From NCBI GenBank assembly GCA_021613535.1, contig CP075494.1, positions 8,184,001-8,248,000 of the forward strand: a DNA stretch of 64,000 nucleotides, read 5' to 3'. This document shows positions 1 through 14,234 of the stretch, piece by piece. Positions within the stretch are counted from its first letter, which is position 1, and each line of letters starts with the position of its first letter. Below the pieces are notes generated by a model that was not told the origin of the DNA, made no database searches, and saw only the letters and a program-made list of their open reading frames with translations. This stretch comes from Adineta vaga (lineage: Eukaryota; Animalia; Rotifera). A program made the translations under genes and the position numbers.

Positions 1-2520
1 TGAGATTGTTGTAAAGGTTTTTGTTCAGTTAAACAACGATTAACAGATATGATTGTTGATGGTAAATTGTATTTTTTGATTAATTTTGATGAATAACTCA
101 TATCAAATGTTGAATTATATTGATTAGAAAAATATGTGAGACGATTCTTTTCTAAAATTACTTTTTCCTGATTATCAACTATCAATTGTTTAACATCCAT
201 CGGTTGATAATATTGAAAACTTCGATGATAACTGCAACGATTAACATACAAATCATTGTTATAATTCAGATTTTTAAATTTTAATTTAACTTACAAATAA
301 ATACATGGAACATCATCAATATCTTTTTCCACTAAATACTTATGCATATCATTTCGTATACGAATCCAAAGATTCGATGGTAAACGAAATAAACTCATTG
401 GTGGTAAATAATGAACAAAAACGGCTTGTAAAACTTCATCATCTAGCAAAAGAATATCTTCTATTTCAAGTTCACTTAATCCACCAGATAATTGAATATA
501 ACGCATCGAACGTCGAAATAAAATTTGACCATGTTTTATACCTAGTTGATTGTATAAATATCAAATGGCATCACGTGTAGTTTTAATTGAGAGAAATGCT
601 TTATCAGGTATTTCATTATATGAATGCCATGTTAATGTTTGATCATAAAGTAAAGAAATCAATAGTGGAGAGATATGATGACGTATGGAAAATTTCGGTT
701 TTAACCAGTCATATTGAATTGTTGTTAGAAAACGTCGATCTTTCTCTAACCATGATTGAAAAACTTGTTGAGCAATATGTTCATCAAATGGTTTTATTTC
801 AATTTCAGTGAATTGATTTTTATAGATTGTTTTCAATTGATCATAAATTTGATAAGCTGTTCTTTCGATTTCAATTTCATCAATCGTTTCCAAATGATAA
901 AGTGAACAGATTTGTTCGATTATGGATATTAATGGACGACGAATATCACTTGAAGATGGAATAGCACCCAAAAAACGAATTATTATAGAGACAGAATTTG
1001 ATTGGGAATACCATTTAGGAATCTACAAAAACATACTAATGATTAGTTCTGGTAAAACACGATTATGTCTTACTTCATTCACAAGTTTTGCCATAATTGA
1101 TGATTTTCCTGTTCCAGATTGTCCAACTAAAATACAAGACCCATGCTCTGTAGTTGTAATATATTCTTTAACCTATAGATGAGTATGAATGGATTTCGTC
1201 TTATATAAAATCATTCAATACTACTTGATCAAAGATTTCTGATCGAGGAAAGAATCGTTGAACTAATAAATTTGATTGAATCGCGTGTTCTAACACTTGA
1301 TTGTATAATTTATCCTCTCGTTTATGTTCATGAATTTTCATATGAAAATCAATTTGTATTTTAAGTGCTTGATAAAATCCTCGAAGAACTGATTCAGATA
1401 TTTCGCTCTACTAATATCATCTTTCCACTGTACCTAAGAAAAATCACTGAAGAATGTTATGGTGGATATGAAACCATGTGACAGACTTGATACGAATAAA
1501 TATCTGATGGATCCAATGACTGATGAAGTAAATTTTTAATATCATTTAATAATTGTTGTGTTTCAGTGATATTTTCTGTCTCTGGAAATTTAGAATCAAG
1601 TTTTTCAAGATCATTTATTTCACGAAAAAAACAAATCATTCGTCGAACTTTATCTTTATTATTTTTCAAAGCTCGATATATTTCTTGTGCCGTCACTAGA
1701 ATTGAAAATATGATCATGTTTGTTTCCTCTCTCTCTGCGAAAATCTTTACCTGAGATATGAAATTCATCTCGTTCATTTTTGGAAATCAATTTTTGTTCG
1801 TAACAAAGATCTGCTGCTTTTCGTAAGATATTTTGTAATTTCTTTTCTGATTCATTCCATTCTTGTTGATCTTCAATTGATCGAAGAAAATATCGTTTAT
1901 CAACATAATTCTCATCTAATTGATACATTTGCGATAGAAGATTTTTCTCTTCGACATTCGATAAAAGACATTGTTCAAACGATTGAAATATATAAGAAGG
2001 AATACATGCTGGTGCAAAACGACTGCCATATCGATGACTTAATAAAACCTTCAGCTAGCAGATAGACAACAAACGTAAAGTTCAAAAAATCAGTCTTACA
2101 ACACAATTTGTAGCCATGGACAATTGACAACAAGTATCCAATTCTTGAAGACACATATCTACTGTTCCATGAGTATTCGCGGCAGTTGATTGGATCCCCC
2201 AACGCATGTCTGAATACTTGAGGAAAAAACTTTGAATTCTACTTGAAGATACAGATAAACACAGATATTTTTCACCTGAAATTGAATGTTATATTTAGTG
2301 AGACAATAGTCACGTAATCGAGGGTAGACAAGATCGATAAGACCATTTCGTTCTTCAGTAGTATCTAATAATAAGAAATAACATTCCTTGATTTTCATAG
2401 AAAGCTTTTGTTTCCTGGCAGCCTACCAGTAAATGTTGAACTAACAAAAACACGCACAGAATTTAATTTACGATCTCCAACATGATCAAATCGACCACGA
2501 TACAATTGTTCATCGTCTAT
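1..2520 (-). CDS. DUF4062 + NACHT (NWD1/NWD2-like STAND NTPase), multi-exon, truncated at the left window edge; start codon unresolved, possibly degenerating
   Basis: Spliced translation gives VRVFVSSTFTD-TTEERNGL..YPRLRDYC..YSDMRWG (DUF4062), Walker A GQSGTGKS (~1095-1125), IIIRFLG, W....R.LT..Q and GLSELEIEDILLLDDEVL..RLPSNLW, all typical of NWD-like proteins; GT-AG introns. Confidence 0.8.
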
Positions 2521-4099
2521 CGAGTGTCAATATAGATCAACCTACAAAAAAAAAAACTTTATTGAAAATTTCAGCCATCAAGTTTGTGTTTTCTTTCTCT
2601 TCTTCCACACTATACCAAATTACCTCATGTGGTTATGTTTCGACTTTTTTCTCATTCTTCTTATTCGTTTTTTTTCTGGATATGTTATTATAGGTAAGGA
2701 ATCATATCGTTTATGAAACAAACGTATTGTTATGGAAACCTAATTCAAATCAATATTTATTTATCTATCAAATACATTAAGGACAAAAATTTCTTTCTGA
2801 AGTGTACAAAAAGGTATTTGTCTCCATTGTAAATCTCATAGGAGCATTGTTTTCATGCATATTCATATTCATTGATGAACCGCCCATCCTTTACAAGCTT
2901 GAATAAATTCTACGTTAGTATAAGCTTTGTAATGAAATGATACTAGTCATGTTGTTTTGAAATTACAATGAAAATAAAAGAAATGTGAAAATATTCTCTA
3001 GTAAAACAAAAGCATGATCATACAGATTTCTAAAATAACCGCTCAGTTCCACGGATCACGGCAGAAGAGCAAAATCTCTTCTAAAACCCATAAACTTTTA
3101 TCCGTATATATTGATTTGCATTTTGTTTCATATGTGTTTTACATTTCATTGATAAAACCCGTATTATCGCAACCATCTAAATAATGGTATCACAAAGACT
3201 GAAACATTGGCAAACGAATCATTTATTGCATTTTTTTGGAAATAGATAATTATAAATCGAATAGTAATTCTTATAAATGAAATCAGCATGGATCATACCG
3301 ATTTTTTTTCAATTTTTCAATTAAACATTATCAATCAATAAAAAATACCTGCATTGTTTTTTTTAAGAATACAACTTCAATATACGATGTTTGAAAAAAT
3401 CGCTGATATTCAGTACTTTTGTGATATTTTTTTATTCTTTCCCACAATAATATTTTTACACACCTTTATTCACTACCAAAGCTGAAAAGGACTAAATATA
3501 CAACAAAATGCTTACAAAATGTTCCCACCACTCATCTGACGACTCCTTAGGAACAAAAATCGCACATATCTAATCAAAAGAAAAATATGATTGTAATTAT
3601 GTCTGTTTATTGACAAAGTTTTATTGCACGAAAAGTTTATCACCTAAATCAAAATAAAATTTATTATTCTTTTTTTATTCTTACATAATCTTAATCTATT
3701 TTTTCCGTTAAGTACAATGCGTAGGCTACGATATTCATCCAATGGTCATGTATCATGCATATGGTTTTTTGCTTCAATATAGATGATTATGTATGAAACG
3801 TAATTTTTTTTAGATGAAAAAGAAGATAACTGATTTGTGAATAATTATCTGCGTCATATGATGCGAACTTCGACATCTTGTAAAAGCTGTCCTTGATTAC
3901 GCGAACAATAAAAACAATAATCTATTTCTAAAATGCCACGTCATTGTAGGGATAATTTTATAAAAAAATAGCCATGAAAGAGGACAATCATCTGTTTGAA
4001 TTCTCACGCTCACGCATTGTTTGTGAAGAGAAAGTTTTAGAGAATAAATAGTCAGCCTTTCACTTCAGTTATTTCATTAAGTTCGGTGAATAAGTGAAA

Positions 4100-5291
4100 A
4101 TGAAACTTGTCACGATTATTTTGTGCGTTTTTGTTGGTAAGTTTGAATTGTTCGATGCTGAAAATATTCTCTACATATTTGAATGCAAAAAATAGGTGTG
4201 CTCAGTGCTCAACACACCAAAGATTCATGTGGTAAACGTCCACTCAAACCTGCCAGCGATGATAAAGTCGTAGGTGGTGTAGCCGCTTTACGTGGTGACT
4301 GGCCATGGTCGGTAAGTATTCATGATTCTTTCTATAGTTTTTGTTAATGAAAGTAATCATATCATACGATTGATAGTGCTCCATGCGTTACAATGGTCGT
4401 CATATCTGTGGTGGATCATTGATCAATAGCAGATGGATCATCACTGCTGCTCACTGTGTGTAAGTAAAAAATAGAATATAATCATTTAGAATCTTATCGA
4501 TTCCTTTTTATTTGTATTTATACAGAAGCTCAACCGTCGCATCATACTATCAATGGAACTGTGGTAGCCACGAATTAAACAAAAATGTAGGAAAAATAAT
4601 CTAAGAATACATATAGAATGAAAAAATTATATCTAGGAAACATACTCACAACAACTTAAAACAGCTACTGTTGTTAAACATCCATCATACAACAGTCGAT
4701 TGATTCAAAATGATATCGCTCTTTTCGAACTTGAAGTGAGCATTTTTCTTTCGAACATTGTGAAATATTGTTAACAAATGATGTTTTGTCTTTTCTAGAA
4801 AGACATCAGTATTGATGACTATAATATGCCAGCTTGTTTTCCAGCTGCAACCGATGTTTATGAAGGTAAAGAATCATGGGCTACCGGTTGGGGTTCAACA
4901 TTCTCCGGTGGTAGTGTTTCCAATATCCATATGGAAGTTGCTATGCCAGTCTTAACCGATGCTGCATGCAAAAGCAAATTCGGTGGTACCAATAACATGT
5001 TAGACCCCAAAACACAAATCTGTGCTGGTGAAACAGACAAAGGTAAAGATACCTGTCAAGGAGATTCAGGTGGTCCATTGGTTGTTAAACATGCTGATAA
5101 CAAATGGCGTATCGTTGGTTTAACATCATGGGTAAATATTTTAGCTTTTTGTCACCATGAAATAATAGAATTATCATTGAAATATATCTATTTAGGGTTA
5201 TGGCTGTGGTGATGGTGGTGTCTATACTCGTACATCAGCTTATCGTGATTGGGTTTTAGGTTTTGTTAAAACACTTCCATCAGGTGTTTAA
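4100..5291 (+). CDS. Secreted trypsin-like S1A serine protease (multi-exon)
   Basis: Signal peptide MKLVTIILCVFVG; activation site DDK|VVGG; WPW; catalytic TAAHC, DIAL, GDSGGP; S1-pocket Asp in DTCQGDS; SWGYGC; TAA at 5289-5291. Confidence 0.95.
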
Positions 5292-6443
5292 CTAACTATT
5301 TTCATTAAATAAATAATAAAAAATTGAAAGATATCTTCATGATTATCTGACAAATAATTTTTCTTGTAAAATAATGTTCAAATTTCTTTGAAAAGACTTT
5401 AACTTTACTAGGAATACGAACGTATATGAGTATAGTGCTAGTTAATATCAAAGTATAGACAAATAGGAACATTTGACAAGAAGCAAAATTTTCTAATTTC
5501 TCGTCGTAGTTATCAAATGAATTAGATCGTGCAATCAATTATGAGCATCTCGTCATAATTTCTCAGAATGTCTTCATAGTTATTTGATGCATTCAGGAAG
5601 TTGTTTTGGGGCATGTAAATGATTGTTAAATATCTTATGACTTTTCAAAGCATCATTTCGGTATGTTCTTTTTCTTTATAAATGGTAAAAGGTGCAACGA
5701 AATCGATTTCATCATCATCAACTCATAGATCAAGGTTTGCTTGTGTTGCCTTGTTTTGATAATAAATATGATGATAGATAATATCAAATCAGCAACAAAA
5801 TGCATTGATGTGTAACAACAAAAACAGTTATTTGGCCTTTAATTAATTACGAAATAAGTTTTTTTTTTCATCTTTGTTTAAAAAGCAAATCTTTTGTACA
5901 TGACTTCATTGATTTGAAGATGTGGACATATTTCTTTCGTCTTGAATGACATTATGGCATCTCGTCCGTCTAGCTGCATTCTTCGAAAAATTTCACTGCT
6001 GCCGATCATGTTCATCATAATAATCATGAGAAAAAAAAAAGAAAAAAAAGTAAAGTAGAGGAAGCCGATGGCATTTACACTTTCGATCAGGATAGACAAG
6101 AAAGAGAAAGAAAAGAAGAGCAAGAACGCGTACAGATAATGAGTGATAGAAAAAAAGAAGAAGAAGAAGAAGAAAGAAAGATAAACGACACGACGTGCAG
6201 TTGCATGTGTTTGTGTGATTTATTCTACATTTCTATTCATTGTTATTCGATTTTGGCATGTCTAAAACAAGAAAAGAAAACAGAATAATGAAAAAGATCA
6301 ATATATATATCGTAATTTATCGACCAGCACCGTTAAAAACAGCGCGCGAAACAAACAAAAAACGAAGCGTAAAATGCATTTTATTTTGTGTAGTAGTTAG
6401 TTAACAATGAAATGGCATGGCTGTATCTCTCTACTTTTTCCTA

Positions 6444-7911
6444 TCAATCAGGTCCACTTGATGAATGTGTCGCTGCGGCAAAATGCTCGTCGTGATCAGT
6501 ACCATCTTCTGTTTTTCCTACTCCTTTACCTGATGTCGGTCCATTATTGCCCGTATTTGTCATCGCCATTTGTGTAGTTGAAGATGGTTGTGCTCCGGTC
6601 GTTGTACCGGCAGTTGCTGACGCGGTAATACCAGCTGTAGCAGTCGCTGCAGTAGTTGTGGATGATGCTGCATTTGCTGCTTTTTGTTTGAGCATCGTCC
6701 AATCAAAAGTATAATCATATTGATGATTTAGTGTTCGAAACAAAATGCGAAACAATTGACGTAAATACATATAATCAGGTGCTTCTTCAAAACGAAGACC
6801 TCGACAATAATTTAGATACATAGCAAATTCGGCTGGAAACCCCTAGAAATAAAATAAAATAATGTAATTTCTTTCGATAAATTTGAAGTATTTCTTCTAC
6901 TTTGCAAAGAATTTCTACAGGTGTTGACATTTTTTTCTCCGATATTTTTTCATATTTTTGTTTTTTGGTTGCGGCTTTAAGACCTTGCCAGGGTAATGAA
7001 CCACGATTAAAATACATCAAAACATAACCCAATGATTCCATATCATCACGACGACTATAATTTAAAACGAAAATATTAATTTTAAATCTATTTTTCTCAA
7101 ATGACGTGCCTTTGTTCGATACCAAGATGAGCATTAATAGATGCATAACGAGCTGTACCAGTTAAGTTCTTATCTTCTCGATAGGGAATGTGTTGTCGTG
7201 TTCGATTGTCGCGATATTTTTTTGCTAGACCAAAATCAATCAAAAACACCTAGAAGAAATCATTCATAGTTTCTTTCTAGAAAAAGAAATCTGAATTTAT
7301 TGAAAACTAACCTTATTACAATGTCGTCCAATGCCCATTAGAAAATTATCAGGTTTAATACTAAATAATGAAATGAATTGATAGAAAATGTTTTCAATTG
7401 AAGGAAAACTAACTCTCGATGGATGAAATTTTTGTTATGCACAAATTCAATTCGACCAATCATCTAAACAAACGAATGTTTGTTACAAAAATAACAAAAC
7501 TATAAATTATTGATTTCGTAGACATACTTGATCAGCAAGCATCAGTACAGTCTTCATAGTAAATCGTCGGGAACAAAAGTTAAAGAGATCCTCAAGTGAT
7601 GGTCCAAGTAAATCCATGACAAGAACATTATAATCTTTTTCTTGGGCATAATATCGAATATGAGGAATACCAATTCCACCTTGTAAAATTTTGTATAATT
7701 TTGATTCATATAATAATTGAGGATGACGTGCTTTGACTGATTCTAATTTAATTGCTACTTCTTCACCATTTGTAATATTTATACCAAGATAAATGTCACC
7801 AAATGAACCCGAACCAATCTTTCGAACTAAACGATATTTACCACCAATTAAAAATTCGTTTTTAGCCGAAAGATGTAACGATGAGCCGGCGCCTGATGCA
7901 TTGACTTCCAT
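6444..7911 (-). CDS. CSNK1A1: Casein kinase I alpha (multi-exon) with Ala/Thr-rich C-terminal tail
   Basis: [96 protein letters not shown]; GIGRHCNK and YREDK are alpha-type. Confidence 0.95.
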
Positions 7912-9046
7912 CGTTGAAGTTTGATAGATTTCCTTGACTTCCGACGATGGGAATGGAAAAGAAAAGGAAAGAAAAAGGATCTGAAAAGGTGAAAAATATT
8001 TGTTAAATCAAATGACCATGAAAGAGTTCGATATACAAAACACATACACATACACACACACACAAGCTTTCATCTGATGATGTTAGCCATGTCTCCGGTC
8101 GATGTCCTTCGATCAGAATAGAATGACAAAATGAATTGATTTTTCAAGCATTTATGCAGTAAAAGGCATATTTACATCAATTAGCGACATCTACATATGA
8201 ACTAAAGTATCGTCTCTTTTTTACAAGAAAAAAATCAGTTATAACTTATTTGACAGCTAATATCTTTCTTCGATTTATACTATACAAGAAGAATTACAAT
8301 CAATATACTGTACTATATTTGTATCGGACATAACGTATGATTATCAAGCACAGTTTTAATGTAATGATAATCCAGTGTCAAGAAATTTGTAAAAAAGAAA
8401 TAAAAATTTGTGTCAAAATTCATAATTATATTTACAAAGTAAATTTTATTAGCATTTAAAAGTATTCGTTAGTAACGTAAATAAAGATGTACACATAAAC
8501 ATATTCATAGTTACTTTGACCATAAGTTACGAGAAAAACAAGAAAATATTTTATCATTGCGTCATGTAAGAACGAAATAAGATAAAAACGATAATGTTTG
8601 ATATTAATATTTTCATCATAACAAGATTCATCGATCGAGATGACGCATATCTTGCAACAAAACTTTTGCTTGTAGAAATATAGTACTGTATCAATACGAT
8701 AATAAAGATTATATTGATTGATACATCGCGACATAGTGATTTCTTATCAAAGTATTTTCATCATTTATAACACAAATAAACAAATTAACCTTATCTGTAA
8801 TGAATCTTTCGTCTGTTTATTTACAAAAAAAAGAAACAGTATTCTGTAATACTAAAATATATCTTTCAAGATGAGAATAACGCGATATACGATTCATATG
8901 TGTAGATGCAAGTGATTGTTTAATTTATTTTTATTTTCTTTTGCTCACTTTAGTTAATCTCAAAGGATTTTATTATATTCTATTGGAAATAAATACAAAT
9001 GAACGAGAAAAAAGAGAAAGAATAAAAAAAAACTTTTCTTTTCGAT

Positions 9047-12000
9047 TTATTGTAAATTATATTTATTTAAAAGCCCGAGTACTTCTGTTGGTAATTGTTC
9101 TTGACTGGTCGTAATAATTTTTCGACCCGTTTGACTATCGATAATTTCTGTAAATACTGAATTTTGTTGTTGCTGCTGCTGCTGCTGCTGCTGACATGGT
9201 GGCTGATTTGGAGATGGAGCTGGATACCGATTATTGAATGCTACGGGTCGTCGATGATTTTGTTGTGGATAATTGTGATTACTATGTAAACTATGAAGTG
9301 AAGGCGATGGTGAAGGTGGATGAGACAATGTTGAAGGAGCGTGTAATTCATGAACTGATTGATGTCGCGACAAAGGTGAATGCATCGTAGGTAATTGTAC
9401 ACGAAAATTAGTTGTTTGATTGCATGGTGAAGGTTGAATTCGTGGACGTGGCTGTGATTGAGAACGATCTAAATGATTCTGTGAATGAAATGATTGTTGA
9501 ACAACTCGATTCGTTGATGGTGACCGATGATGAAGATTATCAGTTGATTGTGCACGATCATTAACAGACACAGGTACTAATCGATCAGGCATTTTTTCAT
9601 AACGAACAAGCGTCTCTGTAACATAATATTTCTTTGCTGTTGCTGCTTGTCCTCCACCTTGAACACTAACTCCTGATTGTTTTTGTTGATGATGATGATG
9701 GTGATGTTGTTGTTGTTGTTGTTGTCTACGACATTGTTGTAATGTTTGTAAATATTTATTCGATTCTACTTCAGTACGATTGTCACGTGATAAGAACCAA
9801 CGTAATGTTCGATCAGTATACGATCGTGCTGGATATTGCGGTGAAAGAACTTGCTGAGCAGTTTGACGAATTTCTTGTTGAGTTAATGGTGGTATCACTG
9901 TTCGATATGGATCATTTACAATAACATGCGGAAGTGATGAACCAAGTGGACGACCTTCACGTGCTTCACGATCAAGTATATAAAGAATATTCCAATATCG
10001 TAATGCATATGGTAAATCAGTATACATAACACCTTGATATTCATAGGTAGTTTTTTCTTCAATTTTAATTGTTTCTCCGGGTATACGTATATATCGAATT
10101 CTTGAACGTGGTCCATCTTCTTGTAGATAGTCCGTTGAATATGAACGACGTAAAGAATTTGCTGCTGATTCATTAATATAATCATCAACACGAACAAATA
10201 ATTCTTGTTCTTTAGCAGTTTGTTGTTGTTGAATTTGTTGTTGACTTTGTTGTTGACTTTCATCGTAGTAATCTTTGACATGAATTATACGTGCACGAAC
10301 ATAACGTTGTCCACCTGAATAAGAAACAGATAATGAACGACGTGGTGGTTCATTTTTATAACGTGGTGGAGCATGTTCATGTGGCCGGATTGATTCACGC
10401 ATTGAATGAATCTCACGTTCAATTAATGCACGACGTCCGGAACCTAGTTTAGGAAATAAACGAAAACAATTAGCGATCTTTTATGCTCAAATATTTTAGG
10501 AAAGTAGAGGAGAAGAAAAAACGGACCAAGATAAAATTCAGCTTCTGATTGATGCCGTGATGGTGGAGGAGGATGTGGTTGCGTTTGTCGATAATGTTGT
10601 TCAAGTATACGTTGTTGTTGTTCAGTTTCACGACGATATTTTGCATAATCGAATGGTTTGGGTGTAACTTCTCGTTTAACAACTTCTTGTTGAGTTCTTT
10701 TTATTGTGATTGTTGATGGTTGAGATGCTAAATCTAATAGATAATATTCATCACGTGCTACTAATATTAAATGACGTTGTTTTTCTGCTTGGGATGTTAA
10801 ACGAAGATGAGAACGATGTATCTGACAAAGTCGATGAATAACAGTACGATAACGTTGAACAATACGTAATGATGTTGTTACATCTGTACGTGACACTCGA
10901 CGAACATCAGTCGAATTACTGTGTTGATAATCATCTCGCGATGAATAATCAACAAGGTGTAGTAAAGAAATTAAATCAGCTAATTGTTGAGATATTTCAT
11001 GTTCTAATTCAGGACTATTCGGTTTAAAACGACCACTCGTACGAGAAACAATATCATCGACAATTTCTTTTTTCACGGAAACATTCATTTGACGACGTTC
11101 GGTATTAGTTGCAGCTAATAAGACTAATTGAGCACTACCTGCAAATAAAGAAAACATACAATGACTGATTTGAGAAAGATTATTTTAAAATTTTTGTTTT
11201 ACTCCATTCATCTGTAATAAACATAACAACTATCGAACCTACCATAATGATTCAGTTCATATTCAATTTCACAACGAATAAATAATGGTAAGTGTTCCAA
11301 TCGTCTTTCATGTTCTGTTCTCATTCGATGTCCTTCTTTAGTATAATAATGTATTGTTATTGTTGGAGGAATTGTTTTATCTTGCATTTCATCTTCATCT
11401 TCAACATTGATATGTGAACCATAATCACGTCGAACCAATTGATAATCAGCATCTGATACAGTAACAATAACATGTAATTCAGTTGATTTCAATTCTTCAT
11501 TTGTATACGTTCGTTCAATGCGTTTTAACTGTTTTTCAAAACGTGTTTCTGCACCATATTGAGTTTTTTCTTCATAGGATACAACAAGACATTTACATGC
11601 ACCACGTGTATGTATTTCATAAACTTCTAATGAACGATTTTCATGATCTTCTTGTTCTTGTCGATCGACTTGACGGCGAACAAAATTTCGATTGACTTCA
11701 TGTCCTTGATCAACCGTTACATGTGATGCGACTTGATTATATGATGAACGTTGTTCAGTAATATTTTCAATATGTTGTTCAGGTATTGGTTGTTGATTCA
11801 TTTGAAAACTATCTTTATCATCGATATAAATAACTGTACTACCAGTACCATCTTCATCATCTTCACTTGAATGATGACTGGAATGGCGTCGTTTAACTTC
11901 ATATCTTGTAGTTGTTGTTGTGGTTCGAATTACTTTACTTACTTCACCATCTTCAATAGCAGTTGCCGATACTAACTGTTGTCGTTCTCGAACTGGTCGA

Positions 12001-14234
12001 TGTAAAGAATCTGTTGTTTGAGCAGCTACAGTACTCCGTTCAACAGTTGAATCAACTTGTGTACCCATAGGTCGATTTGATACTTTTATTGTTGTTATTG
12101 GTATTGGTGTTTGCATAGCAAAATCATGTCGTTCAGATCCACCGATACGATTTTGTTCATAATCATGTCCATGAAGTTTTTCTGTTGATGTTAAAGATTT
12201 CTTATCCGATTTTTGTTCTAATATATACAATGTTTCGACATCAACTTGAACAGGAATATTTTCTACACCTGGTTGGGATATACCAGAATCAACTTCATAA
12301 AGACATGCACGAACATCACGAACCATCGATATTGATGTTTCTGCACCTGGTACAAGTGATGTAATATAATCTTCAGTCTAATATGAAAGATATATAAATA
12401 TGAAAATTGAATGATAAAGAAAATAACTTACAGTTGTTCCAACAGCAGATCGTTGTCCGCCATTCATAATTTCATCTCGATTAAGTTCAAATCTTGTTAT
12501 TTTAGAATTATCATCACGAAAGTAGACATCTTCACGTGGACTTCTATGTCGAAAAACATAACCTCCATCATTATTACTTGTAATTCCACTTTCATAATTT
12601 TCTCTTCTTGTCACACGTTTATTTGGTGGTGATGATGTGATACTAATTGATCCATCAGATTGATCATCATGACAACTTTTTTTCGTTACAACTCGTCGTG
12701 TTGCTTTCGTATTCGATGTTGATGATGATGATGATTCTAAACGATCGATTAATTGTCGTACACGATGTTCAGATGACGAGCCTGGTGATGTATTTCGTTT
12801 TGCTCGTGCTCGATCATCAACAAGTGTTTCTCTATAAATATCTATGAAAAGAAAGCAAAAAAATCAAATCATTTCATTGAAAAAAGTATGGAAAACTAAC
12901 TGTCAACGCTTCGATTGAGACTGATTGGTGATGGTGATGAACTTCGTCCACCATGGTCACCTGTTCGAGATGATTCTGATCTTGTATCAATATGTCGAGC
13001 CATTTGTCGAACTTTCGAACCATTAAGAGAACTATTGGATAAATGAATTGATGCAGATGGTTGATTACTCTCGGAAAGATCACGAACATGTTGTCCATTC
13101 GTATTTTGTGTATCATCTTCAAGACTATCTTTTGAATCTAATCTTGCACGTCTTTCTCGTTCACGCCAAATATCAAATACATTCGAATTTTGATCATTTG
13201 ATGATCTTGAATGACGTCGTGGTAAACGTTCTTGTATAAATCCTAATGCTTGAGATTTACTTCGTAAAATACGATGAAGTTTAAGATGATGAATGATTCT
13301 TTCTAATTGTTCTTGGGAACTATTTTCTAAATGTTGTAAATGTATTAATTCATCAATTAAATGTTGTGCACTTTCAAAATCTCGTCGATCAAATGATTGT
13401 TTACTTGTTAAACGACGTAAACGACCAATAACACGAACGGTTTCACTATCTATAGGTCGAAAACCTATACGACGAGCAATAGTTTCATCCGAATCATTAT
13501 CATCATCATCATTATCATCACCACCATTACCATTCGGTCTAAAAAAGAAAAGACGCAATCTTCTTTGTAAATCGAAAATTTAATTTACCCTCTTGAATTA
13601 TTATTATTTCTATTTGGATTTGATCCATTTCCATCGCCACTACTACTACCTCCATGGCCACCTGATGATCCATTATTTTGTCGATTTCGTCGACCATCAT
13701 TATTATTATTATTATTATTTCCGCCATATTGTTGAGAATAACCTTTTTGATTTCCATTTCGTCTTCCATGTCCACTGTCCATATCCATTTCAGGTTCAAT
13801 TGTTTGACAATATTGATGTAACTTTAATGTTTCATGCTCTTTTCGTGACGGTAGAGAAAAAACTTCATAACGAATAGCTTTTTGTAATTGTCCATTATTA
13901 ACTTGTAATTGTATATCAAAATGATTACAAGAAATATCTATTCGACTGGAATTTGAATCATCTTCAAGATCCGATTTGGTTTTATTTACTATATAAGATG
14001 TATCTTGACCAAGAGAATCTTCAGTATTGCTTAAAGCATAACAATTTTCAACACGAATATCATCACGTGTATTCGTCCAATGATGATAACCACCAATTGG
14101 ACGTAGATTAGAAATATTTGATTCATTTTGAACTGACTAAAGATATTTAAAATCGAGTCTATTTTCGAATCGTTAAATGAACTTACTGTTAAATCAATCT
14201 CATCATCTTCATCATGTTCATTATCCATCGTCAT
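9047..14234 (-). CDS. Large uncharacterised protein (~1,600 aa, about 7 coding exons), Q/H/S/R-rich and partly low-complexity
   Basis: Long same-strand ORFs (451, 237, 372, 220 aa) separated by short GT-AG introns; ATG at 14234, TAA at 9047-9049; no family motif recognised. Confidence 0.75.

Noticed and set aside
2527-2529. In-frame TGA read as selenocysteine
   Set aside because: Lies upstream of the conserved region, not at a Cys-homologous site, and no SECIS can be assessed.
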